The position numbers and the translations under genes were made by a program. 64,000 nucleotides of DNA from an uncultured Lentisphaerales bacterium (GTDB lineage: Bacteria > Verrucomicrobiota > Lentisphaeria > JABSQK01 > UBA12247). This document shows, piece by piece, positions 61,924 through 64,000 of this stretch. Numbering within the stretch: the stretch's first letter is position 1; the number at the start of each line of letters is the position of its first letter. Location: assembly GCA_943788985.1 (NCBI GenBank), contig CALSSJ010000031.1, positions 32,001 to 96,000 of the forward strand. The letters are read 5' to 3'. Below the pieces are notes generated by a model. The model made no database searches. It was not told the origin of the DNA and worked only from the letters and a program-made list of their open reading frames with translations.

Positions 61924-62481
61924 ATGGCAAACGTATTGGTATTGTATCACTCTGTCACAGACTGCACAGCGCAGATGGCGCGGTACGTCGCGGATGGGGC
62001 CGCTAGCATCAAGGGCATGGACGTGAGACTTGTCGAGTTGGGCGCCGCCACTGCAGAGGACGTCGTTTGGTGCGATGGCATCGCAGTTGGCTGTCCCACC
62101 CAGATTGGCACAGCGTCTTGGCAAATGAAGAGGTTCTTCGATGAAACGCTGGTAGACCAGTGGGCCAAGATTGATGGCAAGTTTGGCTGTGCCTTCAGTT
62201 CCTCCGGCGGTTGGGGTGGGGGCGCAGAGTTAACCTGCCAAACCATCACCAATATGCTCATCAACTACGGATTTTTGGTGTTCGGCGTAGTCGAGTACGT
62301 CACGCAAACCCACACCCTGCACTACGGCGCTGTGACGGCGAAAGCACCGCGTGACGAGGCCTCTCAGCAGGCCTGTTTTAAACTGGGCGTACGCCTGGGC
62401 GAGTGGCTCGGCGTCTATGTCGACCGTGATGCAGATCTGCATCCCTTGGCAACCCGAGTAAGCGCACTGCCAAGCAGTTGA
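61924..62481 (+). CDS. Flavodoxin-like protein, WrbA family
   Basis: VLVLYHSVTDCTAQMA, GIAVGCPT and AFSSSGGWGGGAELT. Confidence 0.88.
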   Translation: MANVLVLYHSVTDCTAQMARYVADGAASIKGMDVRLVELGAATAEDVVWCDGIAVGCPTQIGTASWQMKRFFDETLVDQWAKIDGKFGCAFSSSGGWGGGAELTCQTITNMLINYGFLVFGVVEYVTQTHTLHYGAVTAKAPRDEASQQACFKLGVRLGEWLGVYVDRDADLHPLATRVSALPSS

Positions 62482-62641
62482 TCCGTCACTGCGGATGCCG
62501 GAAGATCTTTCCCGCCCGCCGTCACAAGCAACGGGACCGTGTCAGGCCTGCGCAATACGGAAGAGGACGGGAACGAGGAAACTCGGCCTTTTTTGGGGTA
62601 AAGGTGGGGAGGCATGGAGATTAGGGCCCCCGAGCCGACCT

Positions 62642-64000
62642 TCATTTCTTCTTCTTCTTGGCAACAGCTTCTCTCGTCACTTCGGGGCGCGGGAATGCCT
62701 TCAGGTAGCTATCGAGCTTTGCCTTCATCCTGGTGCGTAACGCCGCGTATTCCGGATTTCTCGCGAGATTGGTGACTTCAGCTGGATCCCTCTCCAGATC
62801 GTAGAGGCATTCGTAGGGGCCATCTGGCTCGTCATAATAGATGGCAAACTTGTAGCGCGCACCGCGCACCCCGTACCAGTTGTTGTAGCGGGAAAACTTG
62901 TGCTCGCAGTAGACCTCTTCGCGCCAGCCAGGGGAGTCTTCTCCCTTGAGCAACTTCACCAGCGACTCACCTTGATACACCGCAGGTTGAGCCAGCCCCG
63001 CCCACTCAACAATCGTCGGTGCGATATCGAGATGCGAGCCAAGTTCAGCAATCACCTGGCCGCGCCGCTCTTGGGGAAGCGTGGGGTCATAGACGATCAA
63101 TGGCACCTGCAACGACTGCTCGTAGTGGTTCCACTTGCCAGCCAGCCCACGATCGCCCATCATGAACCCGTTATCGCCGGTGTAGACAATCACCGTATTG
63201 TCAGCCAGCCCTGCGGCTTCCAACTCCGCCAGAATGCGGGCCACCGCATTGTCAATCCCCGTGATCATTCGGAAATAGGCCCGCATGTTTACCTGGTACT
63301 TCTCGGGCGTATCCCAGCGCCAAAAATAGCGCGCCCGCGACAACTCTTTCGGATTCTTCAAAAAGCCGGGCAGCGCTCTGAAGTAGCTTTCATCATCCAG
63401 CTTAGCCAGCGGGATGAAGAGGTCATCGTAGAGCCCGTCGGCTGACTCCGGCCATTGGAAGTGGAAGCCGGGCCGCTGATCTCGGTCCTCCGCATGTGAG
63501 GCATTAAAGCTCAGCGACAGGCAGAATGGCGTATCTGCTGGAGTGGTCTTGATGAATTCGATCGCCGCATCCGCACACAGATCAGTCTCGTGGCGCAGCG
63601 AGCCATCCGGCATCTTCTTAAGATAGGGGCTTCGGTTGTACGGCTTGAAGAAGTCAAACTGCGCCTTCTTATCGTCCTTCGCATAGCGGAACCCATACTT
63701 GCCGGTGAACCCCGTCCGGTAGCCATTGGCTTTAAGATAGGCAGGATAGCTCGTGGCAATATACCGCGCTGCCACTGCTGGCTCGCCAAAATTGTAGCCA
63801 TGCGAGCGCTGGGAGAGCCCGGTCATGATTGTGGCCCGGCTGGTCGCGCAGATCGGTGTCTGGCAGAAGAAGTTTGCAAAACGGGCTCCGTTCGCCGCCA
63901 GCCGATCGAGTGTAGGCGTTTGGATTAGTTCGTTGCCATAGCAACCCAGCACATCGCTCCGCTGGTCATCGGCAAGCAGAAAAATGATATTCTTCGGGAT
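62642..64000 (-). CDS. Sulfatase (S1), start lies beyond the right edge of the window
   Basis: PKNIIFLLADDQ, CATSR, TGKYG, YTGDNG and LYDLERDP. Confidence 0.93.
   Translation of the reverse strand: MPKNIIFLLADDQRSDVLGCYGNELIQTPTLDRLAANGARFANFFCQTPICATSRATIMTGLSQRSHGYNFGEPAVAARYIATSYPAYLKANGYRTGFTGKYGFRYAKDDKKAQFDFFKPYNRSPYLKKMPDGSLRHETDLCADAAIEFIKTTPADTPFCLSLSFNASHAEDRDQRPGFHFQWPESADGLYDDLFIPLAKLDDESYFRALPGFLKNPKELSRARYFWRWDTPEKYQVNMRAYFRMITGIDNAVARILAELEAAGLADNTVIVYTGDNGFMMGDRGLAGKWNHYEQSLQVPLIVYDPTLPQERRGQVIAELGSHLDIAPTIVEWAGLAQPAVYQGESLVKLLKGEDSPGWREEVYCEHKFSRYNNWYGVRGARYKFAIYYDEPDGPYECLYDLERDPAEVTNLARNPEYAALRTRMKAKLDSYLKAFPRPEVTREAVAKKKKK

Overview
GC-rich bacterial chromosomal window. 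The sulfatase/fucosidase content and gene style suggest a PVC-superphylum organism (Lentisphaerota-like); this is inference. Housekeeping blocks: Ser/Thr kinase, L,D-transpeptidase, thrS and GT2 at 1-10 kb; tRNA-Tyr, ABC-F, rlmN, TAXI, dinB and a P1B-ATPase plus triple-SPFH operon at 35-50 kb. A partly decayed fucosidase/sulfatase/ABC sugar locus lies at 18.7-34 kb, and further sulfatases at 60-64 kb. Two accessory zones (10-18 kb and 52-59 kb) hold a class C-like group II intron with a frameshifted RT that truncates uvsE, and two near-identical HUH/Y1 (RAYT-like) transposases. The best candidates for new biology are three. (1) A Y1-transposase system whose hairpin + GGGACAGGGGATTTGCATC repeats form inverted pairs around cargo (lipoprotein genes, a PIN toxin-antitoxin pair), inside a 6.4-kb island bounded by a 79-bp synonymous-variant duplication of a host gene 3' end, with no integrase. 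(2) A RelE-like domain + UvrD helicase + TPR protein whose motif order resembles animal TRANK1. (3) A heavy-metal ATPase coupled to three SPFH proteins. Several frameshifts could be sequencing errors rather than real decay.
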